The position numbers and the translations under genes are program-made. Positions 38,437 to 50,200 of a DNA stretch of 64,000 nucleotides are shown piece by piece; the first letter of the stretch is position 1; each line of letters opens with the position of its first letter. The stretch lies in the NCBI GenBank assembly GCA_034530615.2, contig JAVRCV020000061.1, forward strand, positions 1 to 64,000, in the 5' to 3' direction. Under the pieces are notes generated by a model. It did no database searches, was not told where the DNA came from, and was given only the letters and a program-made list of their open reading frames with translations. This stretch comes from Aulosira sp. ZfuVER01 (GTDB taxonomy: Bacteria > Cyanobacteriota > Cyanobacteriia > Cyanobacteriales > Nostocaceae).

Positions 38437-41400
38437 TTAATTTTCTACTGCACCCAGTGCTTTCAGTGTGGCTATCTGTGCTGCGGTTAAACCTGTCACT
38501 CCGGTGATATTCATACCCTCATAAGGTCTTTCAACTTGCAGGGTTTTGAAGCATTCACCTGTGTTGACATTCCATAATTTTATTGTCCCATCGCCGCTAC
38601 CGCTAGCTAGGGTTTGACCGTTGGGATGAAATGCAACTGACCAAACTCTATTAGTATGTGCTTGTAAAGTATGGATGCATTTGCCGTCATTGACTGACCA
38701 TAGCCTGACTGTTTGGTCATCACCGCTACTGGCTAAGGTTTTACCATCGGGACTAAATGCTACTGACCAAATCCAATTAGTGTGTCCTTGAAAAATTTTC
38801 AGGCATTTACCATCTTTGAGTGACCATAGCCTGACTGTTTGGTCATTACCGCCACTAGCTAAAAGTTGAGCATCTGGACTGAATGATATTGGCCCAACTG
38901 GGCCAGTGTGTCCTTGTAAAACTTGGAAGCATTTGCCATCATTGGCTGACCGCAACCTAACTGTTAGGTCATAACCAGCGCTAGCTATAATTTGTCCATT
39001 GGGACTAAATGCTACTGACCATACCTGATTGCTATTTTCTGGCCAAACTTGCAGACACTTACCATTATTAACAGACCATAGCCTGATTGTGCTGTCATAA
39101 TTGGCGCTGGCTAAGATGTCACCATCAGGGCTAAATGCTATTGACCCGACTTTATGAGTATGTTCTGCTAAAATTTTCAGAAACTCACCATTTCTAACCG
39201 ACCATAACCTGATTGTGCGGTCATAGCTACAACTAGCTAAAATCTCTCCATTAGGGCTGAAAGCAACTGACCGTACTTGCTGAGTATGTCCGTTTAAAGT
39301 TTTGCGGCATTGATTATTACTGAGTGTCCAAAGCCTGACTTTTTGGTCGAAACCACCACTGGCTAAAGATTGACCATCGGGGCTGAAGGCTACTGATTCT
39401 ACATCATTAAGGTAGCCTTGAAAAACTTTGAGGCATTGACCATCACTGACTGACCACAGCCTCATTGTTTGGTCATAACCACCACTAGCTAAAATTTTAC
39501 CATCGGGGCTGAATGCAACTGACCAGACGTGATCGCTATGTCCTTGGAGAATTTGGTAACATTCACCGTCATTAACTGACCATAGCCTCACAGTTTGGTC
39601 GTAACTACCACTGGCTACAGTTTGACTATCAGGGCTAAACCTAACTGACAAAACTCTATTGGTATGTCCCTGAAGAACTTGCAAGCACTTACCATTACTA
39701 ACCGACCATAGCCTCACTGTTTCATCATGACTGCCGCTAGCCAGAATCTTACCATCAGGACTGAATGCTACTGACCGCAGCCCATCAGTATGTCCCTGGA
39801 AGATTTGCAAACATTGGCCGTCACTAACTGACCAAAGTCTGACTGTTTTGTCAAAACTCCCACTAATGACAGTTTGACTATCAGGACTAAAGGCAACTGA
39901 CCAAATTGTATGAGCATGTCCTAGGAGAACTTGCAAACACTTACCGTCATTCACTGACCAAATTCTCAAGCTTTGGTCAACACTGCCACTCACTAAAAGT
40001 TGACCATCTGGACTATATGCTATCGACTCTATGCGATCGCTATGTCCCTGTAAAGTTTGGATGCATTTCCCATCTTTGACTGACCAGAGTTTTACTGTTT
40101 GGTCAACGCTACCACTGGCTAAAATTTGCCCATCAGGGCTAAATGCGACTGACCGGACAAAACCTGTATGACCTTTGCAAATTAAAATTTGTTGACCATC
40201 TTCTATTTGCCATAGGCGAATTTCGCCATTAGCATCACCTGTAGCTAAAATCTTGCCATCGGGACTGAAGGCGACTGAGAAAATAGTCGCCAAAATATCA
40301 GTAAAAACTGACCTATCGAAAGCCGCATTAGCTAAGTTTAGCTGCTGCAAATTCTCGCCCTTTAGGTATGCTTGCCAAAGTGTGAGTTGAGAAAAATCAT
40401 AATTGCTTAAATCTGTTTGCAGGTAGCATAGCAAATTTAAAATATTACCGCCTATATATCCCGGTTGATGGGGAAATTTTTCCTGTAATGTTGAGAGTAT
40501 TTCAGTTAACTTTTTTTCAATTTTTTTATTGCTTCCCAGTAAATCAAGTAACCTTTCAACCAGGGGTTTAATGATGAGACGAATTTGGGCTTCTCGAATG
40601 TAATCTTTGGCAGTCGCTTTCATCAAAGCATAGCGATTGAACAAGGCAATTTCCCCACCAATGATATTTTCAGCTACTTCTGCAATTAAGCGATCGCTCA
40701 AATATTCCATTACCACAGGTTGCAGGGTAAACAGAGCATTACTTTTCTCGATCAGCGATCGTCTAACTAATGACTGCAACGCCTCAACCAAATTAGATTG
40801 CGATTGTAGGGCAACAATATCCTCGCGTAATTCTGCAATTCCCACAGGTTCGCGATTAATTGCCAGCCAATACATCACCTCTGTTTCTAAATCTGATAGG
40901 CGGTGAAATTGCTGATCTAAAAGCTGACGAATTCCCCCAAAAACTACAGTATCTTGTGATAAAAATGCTGAAATACTACTATCAAATAATTCTTTAATTG
41001 TCGTGGAAATTATTTTTAATGCTAAGGGATGACCTTTATAAAATTCAATAAGTTTAACTTGTTCTGGTTCTGTACCTGAAAGTCCTTGAGTATGAAAGAT
41101 TTCTTCTCCGTCTACTGCTTTTAACCCAGTGAGTTGCAAAGCACGTACTGGTAAAGTTTCGCCCTCTGACGCAGCAACTTCTTGGGGTTTTTCTCTACTG
41201 GTAAGGATTAAGCAACTTTGATGATTGGTAGCGCCAATGCGTCTGAAAAGTTCGCCGTAGGCTTCATAGTCTTGGCGATAGGCTAAAGCACCTGATTGAA
41301 AAATTGACTCAGCATTATCTAGTATCAGCAGACAGCGTGATGAACGGAGATATTCAATAAGTAACGAAATTCTCTCTCCCACATCCTGCGGTAAATCGAT

Positions 41401-41838
41401 TTGCTGTTGGTGAGAGATAAACTTAATCAATTCTGCCAGAATATCTTGGATGGGTGGCGCATTTCTCAGACTGCGCCAGATTACATAGTCAAATTCCCCT
41501 TGAATCTTTTGCGCCAGCTTAATAGATAGAGAAGTTTTGCCAATTCCCCCCATCCCCAACACCGCCACTATACGACAGCGTTCTTGCAAAACCCAATTTT
41601 CTAGTTTGGCAAGTTCTTCAGCGCGTCCATAAAAAACTGATACATCAACAGCCTCACCCCAATCAACGCGATGTGAGGTTTGAGGTTTTAACTGTGGAGT
41701 AGGTTTTGTCTTGTCTACTTGTTCAACTGCTAGCTGTCTCTCACGCCGTTTATCTATGTAGTCTAGAACTTGCACCGTGCTAGCAATAAAGCCGATTAAG
41801 CCCACAATAAAGCCGATGGTAGCGGAGATAGGGTCCAT
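38437..41838 (-). CDS. STAND/NLR-like protein: short N-terminal hydrophobic helix + NB-ARC + 14 WD40 repeats
   Basis: [35 protein letters not shown]; 14 repeats of 42 aa (SVAFSPDG...VRLW); ATG at 41838. Confidence 0.92.
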   Translation of the reverse strand: MDPISATIGFIVGLIGFIASTVQVLDYIDKRRERQLAVEQVDKTKPTPQLKPQTSHRVDWGEAVDVSVFYGRAEELAKLENWVLQERCRIVAVLGMGGIGKTSLSIKLAQKIQGEFDYVIWRSLRNAPPIQDILAELIKFISHQQQIDLPQDVGERISLLIEYLRSSRCLLILDNAESIFQSGALAYRQDYEAYGELFRRIGATNHQSCLILTSREKPQEVAASEGETLPVRALQLTGLKAVDGEEIFHTQGLSGTEPEQVKLIEFYKGHPLALKIISTTIKELFDSSISAFLSQDTVVFGGIRQLLDQQFHRLSDLETEVMYWLAINREPVGIAELREDIVALQSQSNLVEALQSLVRRSLIEKSNALFTLQPVVMEYLSDRLIAEVAENIIGGEIALFNRYALMKATAKDYIREAQIRLIIKPLVERLLDLLGSNKKIEKKLTEILSTLQEKFPHQPGYIGGNILNLLCYLQTDLSNYDFSQLTLWQAYLKGENLQQLNLANAAFDRSVFTDILATIFSVAFSPDGKILATGDANGEIRLWQIEDGQQILICKGHTGFVRSVAFSPDGQILASGSVDQTVKLWSVKDGKCIQTLQGHSDRIESIAYSPDGQLLVSGSVDQSLRIWSVNDGKCLQVLLGHAHTIWSVAFSPDSQTVISGSFDKTVRLWSVSDGQCLQIFQGHTDGLRSVAFSPDGKILASGSHDETVRLWSVSNGKCLQVLQGHTNRVLSVRFSPDSQTVASGSYDQTVRLWSVNDGECYQILQGHSDHVWSVAFSPDGKILASGGYDQTMRLWSVSDGQCLKVFQGYLNDVESVAFSPDGQSLASGGFDQKVRLWTLSNNQCRKTLNGHTQQVRSVAFSPNGEILASCSYDRTIRLWSVRNGEFLKILAEHTHKVGSIAFSPDGDILASANYDSTIRLWSVNNGKCLQVWPENSNQVWSVAFSPNGQIIASAGYDLTVRLRSANDGKCFQVLQGHTGPVGPISFSPDAQLLASGGNDQTVRLWSLKDGKCLKIFQGHTNWIWSVAFSPDGKTLASSGDDQTVRLWSVNDGKCIHTLQAHTNRVWSVAFHPNGQTLASGSGDGTIKLWNVNTGECFKTLQVERPYEGMNITGVTGLTAAQIATLKALGAVEN

Positions 41839-41839
41839 G

Positions 41840-41982
41840 TTAAGCAATTCAAAATTCAAAATTCGTCTTGGAAAGTTCTGATCGGAGGAAACCTCCGCTC
41901 AGACTTTCCGCAAAATTCAAAACCTATATTTAATAGGTATTTGGCTACTGACTGTATGCAAATTAAATAATGTGGAACAGCT
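41840..41982. mobile_element. MITE-like element with caaaatt heptamers and a nested small palindromic insertion
   Basis: taagc...gctta ends; ggaaagt..cggaggaaacctccg..actttcc hairpin inserted in the aaaattc run. Confidence 0.45.
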
Positions 41983-42122
41983 TATCAGTGCTTGAGTCAG
42001 GGTATTGCTCTGATAAATTTAACATTTTCGTAAATTTGCGGCAGTCTACTTTGGTGGGATTTTTAATAAAATAGCGATCGCCAATACGAATAAATGCACA
42101 GGAAGTATTTATCATAGATCAC

Positions 42123-44174
42123 ATGGCTGATAGATACTTAGCTACGAGCTACTGCCTCAATCCCAGTTGCTATAACCCCATCAACCCAGATGATACTCAT
42201 TTCTGTCAAAGTTGTGGGACAAAACTTATACCCTTGCTGCGGAATCGCTATCGGATTATTCAACCACTGGGAGGCGGTGGATTTGGCAGAACTTTCTTAG
42301 CAGAAGATGAAGATAAGCTCAAAGAACATTGTGTTGTCAAGCAGCTAGCGCCGCAAATCCAAGGAACTAACGCCTTGCATAAAGCCACAGAACTGTTTCA
42401 CGAAGAAGCACGGCGTTTGCAACAATTAGGAGAGCATCCCCAAATACCCACTTTGTATGCTTACTTTGGTGAAGATCGGTATTTGTATTTGGTACAACAG
42501 TTCATCCAAGGACAAAGTTTAAGGCAGGAGTTGATACAGCAGGGAACTTTTAACGAAACAAAAATTTGGGAAGTTTTAGGTAAATTACTTCCTGTATTGA
42601 AATTTGTCCACGAAAATCAGGTAATTCACCGCGATATTAAACCAGATAACATTATGCGTCGCTCCCCCCACTCATCCAAAGGAACCGGGGGGAATTTGGT
42701 GTTGATTGATTTTGGTGTCGCCAAGCAGTTAACAGCAAATTCTGTAGAACAGACAGGTACAAGCATTGGTTCTTATGGTTACGCACCCCTAGAACAAATG
42801 AAGTATGGTTTTGCTTACCCAGCTAGCGACTTATTCAGTTTAGGAGTGACTTGCTTTTCGCTGTTGACGGGAATTCAGCCATCTCATTTGTATATGGAAA
42901 CAGGCTATGGCTGGGTGAAAAGTTGGCGAGAACATCTCAAGTCTCCCATATCTGCAAAATTAGAGCAGGTGTTAGATAAGTTATTACAAAAAGAGCTTGA
43001 ACAGCGCTATCAGTCAGCAGATGCAGTTCTGGAAAATTTGCCTAACCAACCACTACAAGCTGCTGTACCACAGGATCGTGTAGTTCTGCCAAAGGTTTCA
43101 AAGATTAGCCTGACCCCTTCAACTACTATTAGCAGCATAATTAAGCCCAAATTCCAGTTACCTTATCAATTAATAATGGGGGGTGTCGCCCTGCTTGTGG
43201 GATTAGGGGTATATATGCATTGGCGCAATTTGCCCCTTACCGGACATAAAGGCGAAGTTAATTCCGTAGCTTTTAGCCCCTTACCTGCCTATCCTGCATC
43301 TCAAAGTCAGCAAACAAACGTCGCAAGTTTGCCACTACCTCAAATCGCTATTGGACAAGAAGGAATATTAGCTAGCGGTAGCGATGATAGTACTGTTAAA
43401 ATTTGGAACCTCAAGCAAAAACAAGTAGTCCGCACCCTCAAAGCAAATTCGGGCTGGGTGTATACTGTAGCGATTAGCCCAGATGGTCAAAGTGCGATCG
43501 CAGGTTATCAAGACAAAACTATCAAACTCTGGAATCTCAGCACCGGAGAGGAAATTCGCACCCTCAAAGGGCATCAGGCTTTGGTAAATTCTGTTGCCAT
43601 TAGCTCAGATGGTCAAACTGTTGTCAGTGGCAGCTACGATAAAACTATTAAAATCTGGGATTTCGCTACAGGAAAGGAACTTCGCACACTCAAGGGGCAT
43701 ACAGGGGAAGTTTTATCTGTTGCCATCAGCCCCAATGGTGAGAAAATTGCCAGTGCTAGTGCAGATAGAACTATCAAAATTTGGCAGCTAAAAACAGGTA
43801 AAGAAATACATCCTATTCGCGGTCATTCCCTCGATGTTAACGCCTTAGCTATCAGCCCCAATGGCCAGTTGTTAGCCAGCGCCAGCGATGACAAAACCAT
43901 TAAACTGTGGAACCTGAATACAGGTAAACACATCCGCACCTTTGAAGGACATACAGCCGATGTGAATGCGATCGCTTTTAGCCCTAATGGCGAGTATATT
44001 GCTAGTGCTAGTGATGATAAAACTGTGAAAGTCTGGCAGCTAAATACAGGAGAGGCAATACAGACTTTTAAAGGTCATTCAGCCGAAGTTTACGCAGTTG
44101 CTTTTAATCCCGGTGGTAAAACTTTAGTTAGCGGTAGTAAGGATAAGACTATCAATATTTGGCAATTGCCGTAG
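42123..44174 (+). CDS. Ser/Thr protein kinase with N-terminal 4-Cys motif, TM segment and 7 WD40 repeats
   Basis: YCLNPSC...FCQSCG; GGGGFG, VVKQL, HRDIKPDN, IDFG, GYAPLEQ; LIMGGVALLVGLGVY; WD40 repeats. Confidence 0.92.
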   Translation: MADRYLATSYCLNPSCYNPINPDDTHFCQSCGTKLIPLLRNRYRIIQPLGGGGFGRTFLAEDEDKLKEHCVVKQLAPQIQGTNALHKATELFHEEARRLQQLGEHPQIPTLYAYFGEDRYLYLVQQFIQGQSLRQELIQQGTFNETKIWEVLGKLLPVLKFVHENQVIHRDIKPDNIMRRSPHSSKGTGGNLVLIDFGVAKQLTANSVEQTGTSIGSYGYAPLEQMKYGFAYPASDLFSLGVTCFSLLTGIQPSHLYMETGYGWVKSWREHLKSPISAKLEQVLDKLLQKELEQRYQSADAVLENLPNQPLQAAVPQDRVVLPKVSKISLTPSTTISSIIKPKFQLPYQLIMGGVALLVGLGVYMHWRNLPLTGHKGEVNSVAFSPLPAYPASQSQQTNVASLPLPQIAIGQEGILASGSDDSTVKIWNLKQKQVVRTLKANSGWVYTVAISPDGQSAIAGYQDKTIKLWNLSTGEEIRTLKGHQALVNSVAISSDGQTVVSGSYDKTIKIWDFATGKELRTLKGHTGEVLSVAISPNGEKIASASADRTIKIWQLKTGKEIHPIRGHSLDVNALAISPNGQLLASASDDKTIKLWNLNTGKHIRTFEGHTADVNAIAFSPNGEYIASASDDKTVKVWQLNTGEAIQTFKGHSAEVYAVAFNPGGKTLVSGSKDKTINIWQLP

Positions 44175-44267
44175 ATTTTTTGGATATTTAACCACAGATA
44201 AACACCGATATTTATCTGTAGTTTTTTTTCTTATTCAGATTTGTGCAAGATAAGCACTCAGCGTTGA

Positions 44268-44284
44268 TTTCACTCTAATTTCAT
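44268..44284 (+). promoter_or_regulatory. CopR-type direct repeat (TTTCAY-N5-TTTCAT)
   Basis: tttcac-tctaa-tttcat upstream of the copM-like gene; a second copy at 45398. Confidence 0.6.
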
Positions 44285-44422
44285 TTCTGGCTGTCAAACT
44301 ATGTACTTGAGTGCAAAAGCCACGTTGTCAGCAATTATCTCAGGAAAAATTACCGGAGGGCTTGACTCTCCACCCAACTAGAGATTGCTTAATGAAATCA
44401 GGACACTATTGAAATCATCCTT

Positions 44423-45136
44423 ATGCAACTCCCTAATCTGAAACACAACTTTTTGGTATTAAGCTTGATAGCGATCGCCTCTTTTTCCAGTAGTCTGTTA
44501 ACATCTTGTTCTACAAATACTTCCCAAAGCCAAGCACCAAACGCTACTACTACTGCCACTGATACTAGCGACAAACAACCGCTCAACCAGCATGGTGGAA
44601 TGGATCACAGTGGTATGAACCACAACATGGCGATGGATTTAGGCCCAGCCGATGCTAACTATGATTTACGCTTCATTGATGCAATGATTCCGCACCATCA
44701 GGGCGCAACCCTCATGGCTAAGGAAGCACAGCAAAAATCAAAACGCCCAGAAATTAAAAAGCTAGCAGACGACATTATCAAAGCACAGAACCAAGAAATT
44801 ACCCAGATGAAAAGCTGGCGCACAGCCTGGTATCCCAAAGCTGGAGATAAACCAATGGCTTATGATGCTCACAAGGGTCAGATGATGGAGATGTCATCCG
44901 AGCAAATGCAAGCCATGATGATGAACATGGACTTAGGCGCTGCTGATGCAGAATTTGACCTACGCTTTATCAACGCCATGATTCCACACCATGAAGCAGC
45001 CGTGGTTATGGCTAAAGATGCTTTGCAAAAATCTCAGCGATCGGAAATTAAGAACTTAGCTCAAGCGATTATCAAAGCACAAGATGCTGAAATTAACCAA
45101 ATGAAACAGTGGCGAAAAGCTTGGTACAAAAAGTAA
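44423..45136 (+). CDS. DUF305 lipoprotein, CopM-like copper-binding protein
   Basis: Lipobox LTSC; His/Met-rich linker; duplicated DLRFI.AMIPHH...AQ..EI.QM..W domains. Confidence 0.88.
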   Translation: MQLPNLKHNFLVLSLIAIASFSSSLLTSCSTNTSQSQAPNATTTATDTSDKQPLNQHGGMDHSGMNHNMAMDLGPADANYDLRFIDAMIPHHQGATLMAKEAQQKSKRPEIKKLADDIIKAQNQEITQMKSWRTAWYPKAGDKPMAYDAHKGQMMEMSSEQMQAMMMNMDLGAADAEFDLRFINAMIPHHEAAVVMAKDALQKSQRSEIKNLAQAIIKAQDAEINQMKQWRKAWYKK

Positions 45137-45179
45137 GTCTAGGTTTTCTTGGCGGTTGTTTTTAATTTCTTGTTGCAAG

Positions 45180-45242
45180 CTGATGCATTAACAATACAAG
45201 CCGACGTTTTAACAATACAGACCGATGCATTAACAATGTATT
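45180..45242. repeat. 3 x 21-nt tandem repeat (consensus ccgatgcattaacaatacaag)
   Basis: Units at 45180, 45201, 45222; followed immediately by gtagggtggg. Confidence 0.75.
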
Positions 45243-45295
45243 TGTGTAGGGTGGGTATCCTCTATAACTTTATAGGCTTGGTGTTAAAACGAATT

Positions 45296-45359
45296 GTATG
45301 GGCACGGCGTCCATAATCTTTCGGCTCCTCCAATAATTTTATCGGTGCCGTGCCCCTAC
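45296..45359. repeat. REP-like palindrome
   Basis: gtatgggcacggc ... gccgtgcccctac. Confidence 0.7.
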
Positions 45360-45397
45360 CAGACATTGCATCTTATTTATAGTTTGTCATTTTTCAA

Positions 45398-45414
45398 TTT
45401 CATCACAATTTCAT
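45398..45414 (+). promoter_or_regulatory. CopR-type direct repeat (TTTCAT-N5-TTTCAT)
   Basis: tttcat-cacaa-tttcat about 80 nt upstream of the RND adaptor gene. Confidence 0.65.
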
Positions 45415-45492
45415 TTTGAGATGAAAGACTGGAAATCAGGTGAACACAGCTAGCTTTGTTTACACTCCCATACTGAAAAATTCCTGATAGCG

Positions 45493-47127
45493 ATGTCCAA
45501 ACCTCTGCGTTTCCAACCACCTACAGCAATTCGTTCTGTTTCGGGCACACTACTGAGTCTGCTGATATTAGCCAATCCCGCAGTAGTTTTAGCCCATGCC
45601 GGACATGGTAATGAATTTCATGCAGCAAGTGAAGCAACTCAAACTGCTACTCCTATTCAAGTTGATGATCAAACAGCTAAACGTCTAGGAATTAAAGTTG
45701 AGCCAGTTAAACGTCAGCCGCTAGCTGTGGGGATTAAAACTACGGGACAAATTGAAACTCTACCCAGTCAAAAAGTTGAAGTAAATACCCCAATTGCCAA
45801 GGCGAAAGTGGTGGAGTTGTTGGTGGAACCAGGCGCTACAGTCAAAAAAGGTCAACCTGTAGCGATTGTATCTAGCCCAGATTTGGTGGAACTGCGGGTT
45901 AATTCCCAAGAAAAACTGGCAGAGGGTCAGGCGGATTTGCAACAAGCTTTAGCTGATTTAAAATTAGGGCAACAAAACCGCGATCGCTATCAACAAATAG
46001 CCGCATCTGAAATCGCTCAAGCGCAGACTCAAGTAGCATTTGCTCAAGAAAAGTACAACAAAGATAAACAGTTAGCCAATGCTGGTGCTTTACCACAACG
46101 CACAGCTCTAGAATCGCAAACCCAGCTAGCTCAAGCTAAGGCTGAACTCACCAAAGCTAACAGTCGTCGGGAAGTTATCGAAGCTGAAAATCAACTAAAA
46201 CGTGCGGCTTCAGCAGTTCAGGTGGCAAAATCACGCATTCAACTTAGTAATACCACTTATCAAACTCGGCTCTCGCAATTGGGAACCCGCGCCAATGCTC
46301 AAGGACTGGTGACGGTGGTATCACCAATTTCTGGGAAGGTTGCCGATCGCGAAGTTACCCTTGGTCAATCTTTTGAGGATACAGGTGGCAAATTAATGAC
46401 CATTGTCAATGACAGTCGCGTTTTTGCCACAGCGAATATTTATGAAAAGGATTTAAACAAAGTCAGGATTGGTCAACGGGTAAGTATTAAAGTTGCTGCT
46501 GTGCCTAACCGTACTTTCACCGGAAGAATTACCCGGATTGGCTCTGTTGTGGAAGGAGACACGCGAGTTGTACCAGTACAAGCCGAACTGGAGAACTCTG
46601 GCGGACTTCTCAAACCAGGAATGTTTGCCGAACTGGAAGTGTTAACAGACCAAACATCATCAGCTATTTTAGCTATCCCTAGTGCGGCGGTAGTGGAAGC
46701 AAATGGTAAGAAACAGGTTTATCTGCAAAATGGCGACGCTTATCAGCCTGTGGAAGTTAGCTTAGGTCAAACCTCTGGTGACATGGTAGAGGTCAAAACT
46801 GGTTTATTTGAGGGCGATTTAATAGTTACACAACGCGCTCCGCAACTGTACGCACAATCTCTGCGGGGAGGTGGGAAAGCAGAGGAGCATGGGAGCAGAG
46901 GAGCAGAGGAGAAACAAGCAATTTCTAATCCTTCAGTTCCTTTGTGGATGGGAGTTGGCGGAGGAGCTGCACTCTTTGGTGTAGCCTTTATGGCTGGTGC
47001 TTTCTGGTCTGGTCGTCGCAGCAAACATCAACATCAACTAACTATAGCGCCAGCAGATGTATCGCCAGATTGGGTTGATAACCATCACATAGCAAATCAG
47101 GATTCAGAAATCACAATTGAAAGATAA
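45493..47127 (+). CDS. Heavy-metal efflux RND periplasmic adaptor (CopB/CzcB-like)
   Basis: AHAGHG N-terminus, biotinyl-lipoyl-like VEPGATVKKGQP, coiled-coil hairpin, SPISG, LKPGMF. Confidence 0.9.
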   Translation: MSKPLRFQPPTAIRSVSGTLLSLLILANPAVVLAHAGHGNEFHAASEATQTATPIQVDDQTAKRLGIKVEPVKRQPLAVGIKTTGQIETLPSQKVEVNTPIAKAKVVELLVEPGATVKKGQPVAIVSSPDLVELRVNSQEKLAEGQADLQQALADLKLGQQNRDRYQQIAASEIAQAQTQVAFAQEKYNKDKQLANAGALPQRTALESQTQLAQAKAELTKANSRREVIEAENQLKRAASAVQVAKSRIQLSNTTYQTRLSQLGTRANAQGLVTVVSPISGKVADREVTLGQSFEDTGGKLMTIVNDSRVFATANIYEKDLNKVRIGQRVSIKVAAVPNRTFTGRITRIGSVVEGDTRVVPVQAELENSGGLLKPGMFAELEVLTDQTSSAILAIPSAAVVEANGKKQVYLQNGDAYQPVEVSLGQTSGDMVEVKTGLFEGDLIVTQRAPQLYAQSLRGGGKAEEHGSRGAEEKQAISNPSVPLWMGVGGGAALFGVAFMAGAFWSGRRSKHQHQLTIAPADVSPDWVDNHHIANQDSEITIER

Positions 47128-47230
47128 TAGCAATTTAAAAATTATCACGAAAGATATACACTCCCAAACCTTTATTATGTTTAGCTTTCTTAATTTTGAA
47201 TTTTGAATTTTGAATTTTGAATTGGTATAA
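47128..47230. mobile_element. MITE-like element ending in (aattttg)4-aattggtataa
   Basis: 45-nt 3' segment (47186-47230) identical to 51281-51325. Confidence 0.6.
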
Positions 47231-47232
47231 AG

Positions 47233-50200
47233 ATGCTTAGTGCGATTATTAAGTGGGCGATCGCTCGCCGTTGGCTAGTGGTTCTGGGTGCAATTATTCT
47301 GATGATTGGGATATTTCGCACTATTATTCAAATGCCTCTGGATGTTTTCCCTAGTTTTGCACCACCGCAAGTTGAAATTCAAACTGAAGCACCAGGACTC
47401 GCGCCTGAAGAAGTGGAATCTCTGGTAACTTTACCCGTGGAAAGTTCAATTAATGGTACTCCTGGGGTGACTGCTGTACGTTCATCTTCAGCCGCAGGAA
47501 TTTCTGTTGTCAACATCATTTTTGATTGGGGAAGGGATATTTATCAAGCTCGCCAGTTGGTAACAGAACGATTGCAACAAGCACAAAGTAAGTTACCAGC
47601 AGGGGTGGAAACGCCACAAATTTCTCCCACTAGTTCCCCTATCGGTACTGTACTGCAATATGCTTTCACCTCCCAAACTACACCTTTAATGGAAGTACGG
47701 CGGCTTGTCGATTGGCAAGTTACAAATCGGCTTTTGGCTGTTCCTGGTGTGAGTCAGGTTGTAGCTTATGGCGGTGATATTCGCCAATATCAAGTATTAG
47801 TCGATCCAGAGAAATTAAAAGCATTTAATGTCACGTTAGCAGATGTCGAAGAAGCAACTGCTGCTGCTAATATTAATGCTCCTGGTGGTTATTTAATTAC
47901 CCCTGACCGAGAAAAATTAATTCGCGGTATTGGCAGGATTGAGTCTATAGAAGAATTACAGCAATCTGCGATTACTGCCCGCAATGGTACACCAGTAAAA
48001 ATATCTGATGTTGCTAACGTGCAAATTGGGGCAGCTATTAAACGAGGTGATGGCAGTTTTAACGGTGAAAAGGCAGTCATCATCATGATAAATAAACAGC
48101 CTCAAGCCGATACTCCTACCGTTACCCGTGCTATAGAACAAGCGATCGCAGAACTTAAAGCGGGCTTACCCAAAGATATCAAAGTTACCCCGACATTTCG
48201 TCAGGAAAACTATATTGATGCTTCGATTGAAAATCTACGAGACGCTTTAATAGAAGGCAGTATTATTGTTGCTTTTATCCTAATTCCTTTTTTAATGAAT
48301 TGGCGTAATCTTGCTATCTGTTTAAGTGTGCTTCCTTTATCTTTATTAATAGGGATATGGCTCTTAAATTGGTTAGGACAAGGTTTAAATACTATGACTT
48401 TGGGAGGGTTAGGTATTGCCATTGGTTCAGCAGTTGATGATGCGATTGTTGATGCCGAAAATGTCTACCGCAATTTGCGAGAAAATAAATATTCTCCCAA
48501 TCCTCGACCAGTTTTAGATGTAGTATTTGATGGTTGTCAAGAGGTACGGGATTCTGTATTTGGAGCGACGATAATTACTATTGTTGTCTTTACTCCTGTG
48601 TTTGCCTTAGGGGGTGTAGAAGGTAGCATTTTTATCCCAATGGGGTTAGGCTACATGGCAGCAGTAATTGCTTCGACTCTCACTGCTTTGACGATAACTC
48701 CGGCTTTATGTGCAATTCTATTACCTTACGGTCACTTGCCAGAAAGCGAACCTTGGGTAGCAAGATTTTTTAAGCGATTGTATTATCCGCTGTTAACATT
48801 TTCGTTGCGGCGTTCGGGAATTATTTTAGCCATAGCTACTGCTAGTACAGTAGCAGTGATCGCGATCGCTCCGGCTTTCGGCAGAGTGTTTTTGCCAGAG
48901 TTTCAAGAGCAAACTTTAGTAAATACCATCACTCTCTATCCTGGTGTATCTTTGGAAGCTACCAATGCGGCGGGATATGCAATTCAGGAAGCACTGAAAG
49001 GCGATTCACGATTTCCTTACGTACAGTTGCGTTCTGGACGTGCGCCTGGGGATGGCGATGCAGCTGGGGTAAATTTGGCACATGTGGATATTGAGTTAAG
49101 CCGCGAAGCTATAAAAGATAGGGAAGGGACAATTAAAAAGCTGCGGCAGGAATTTGCTAAATTACCAGGAGTCGCGCCAAATATTGGTGGTTTTATTTCG
49201 CACCGGATGGATGAGGTATTATCTGGGGTAAGAAGTGCGATCGCAGTTAAAATTTTCGGTTCCGATTTAGCACAACTCCGCACTCTTGGAAGTCAGGTAA
49301 ATGAGGTAATGAAAACTGTAAACGGCATTGTCGATTTACAACTTGAACCTCAAGTACCGATTGAACAAATACAAATTAAATTTAATCGCACGGATGCTTC
49401 TCGATATGGTTTAACAGTCGGAAAAATTTCCCAAATTATTGAAACTGCTCTCAATGGCAGAGTAGTATCCCAAATTTTAGATAAACAACAAACCTTTGAT
49501 TTGCTTGTCTGGTTAAAGCCAGATGCCCGGCAAAATTTGGATACAATTCGTAATTTATTAGTTGATACTCCTAACGGGCAAAAGATTCCTTTAGCACAAG
49601 TTGCTGCAATTGAAAACGGCACAGGACCAAATACGATTAATCGGGAAAATGTCTCGCGTTTAATTGTCGTATCTGCTAATACTAGTGGTAGAGATTTGCG
49701 CTCGATTGTGAATGAAATTCAAGAGAAAGTAAATCAACAAGTACATCCGCCTCCTGGGTACTATATCCAGTATGCAGGTCAATTTGAGGCACAAGAACGA
49801 GCCACGCAAAATATTTTAATTTCGAGTGCGATCGCCTTTGTTGCCATCGCAGTTATTATGTACATTTCTGTCAAATCTATTCCTTCTACTGCCATGATTA
49901 TGATTAACTTACCTTTGGCATTAGTAGGAGGAGTATTTTCAGTAGCTTTATCTGGCGGTATTATCTCTATTGCTTCTTTAGTTGGCTTTGTCACTCTATT
50001 TGGAGTTGCTACCCGCAATGGTCTATTACTAGTAGATAACTACAATAATAAATTTGCCGAAGGAATGCCTTTGAAAGAAACTTTAATCAAAGGTTCAATG
50101 GAAAGACTAAACGCCATTTTGATGACAGCTTTTACCTCAGCTTTAGGATTAGCACCTTTAATAGCTGACAGCGGCCCTGGTAAGGAAATATTACAACCGC

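Noticed and set aside
38540..40290. Diversity-generating retroelement target in the WD40 repeats
   Set aside because: No reverse transcriptase or template repeat in the window, and differences between repeats are not adenine-specific by eye.
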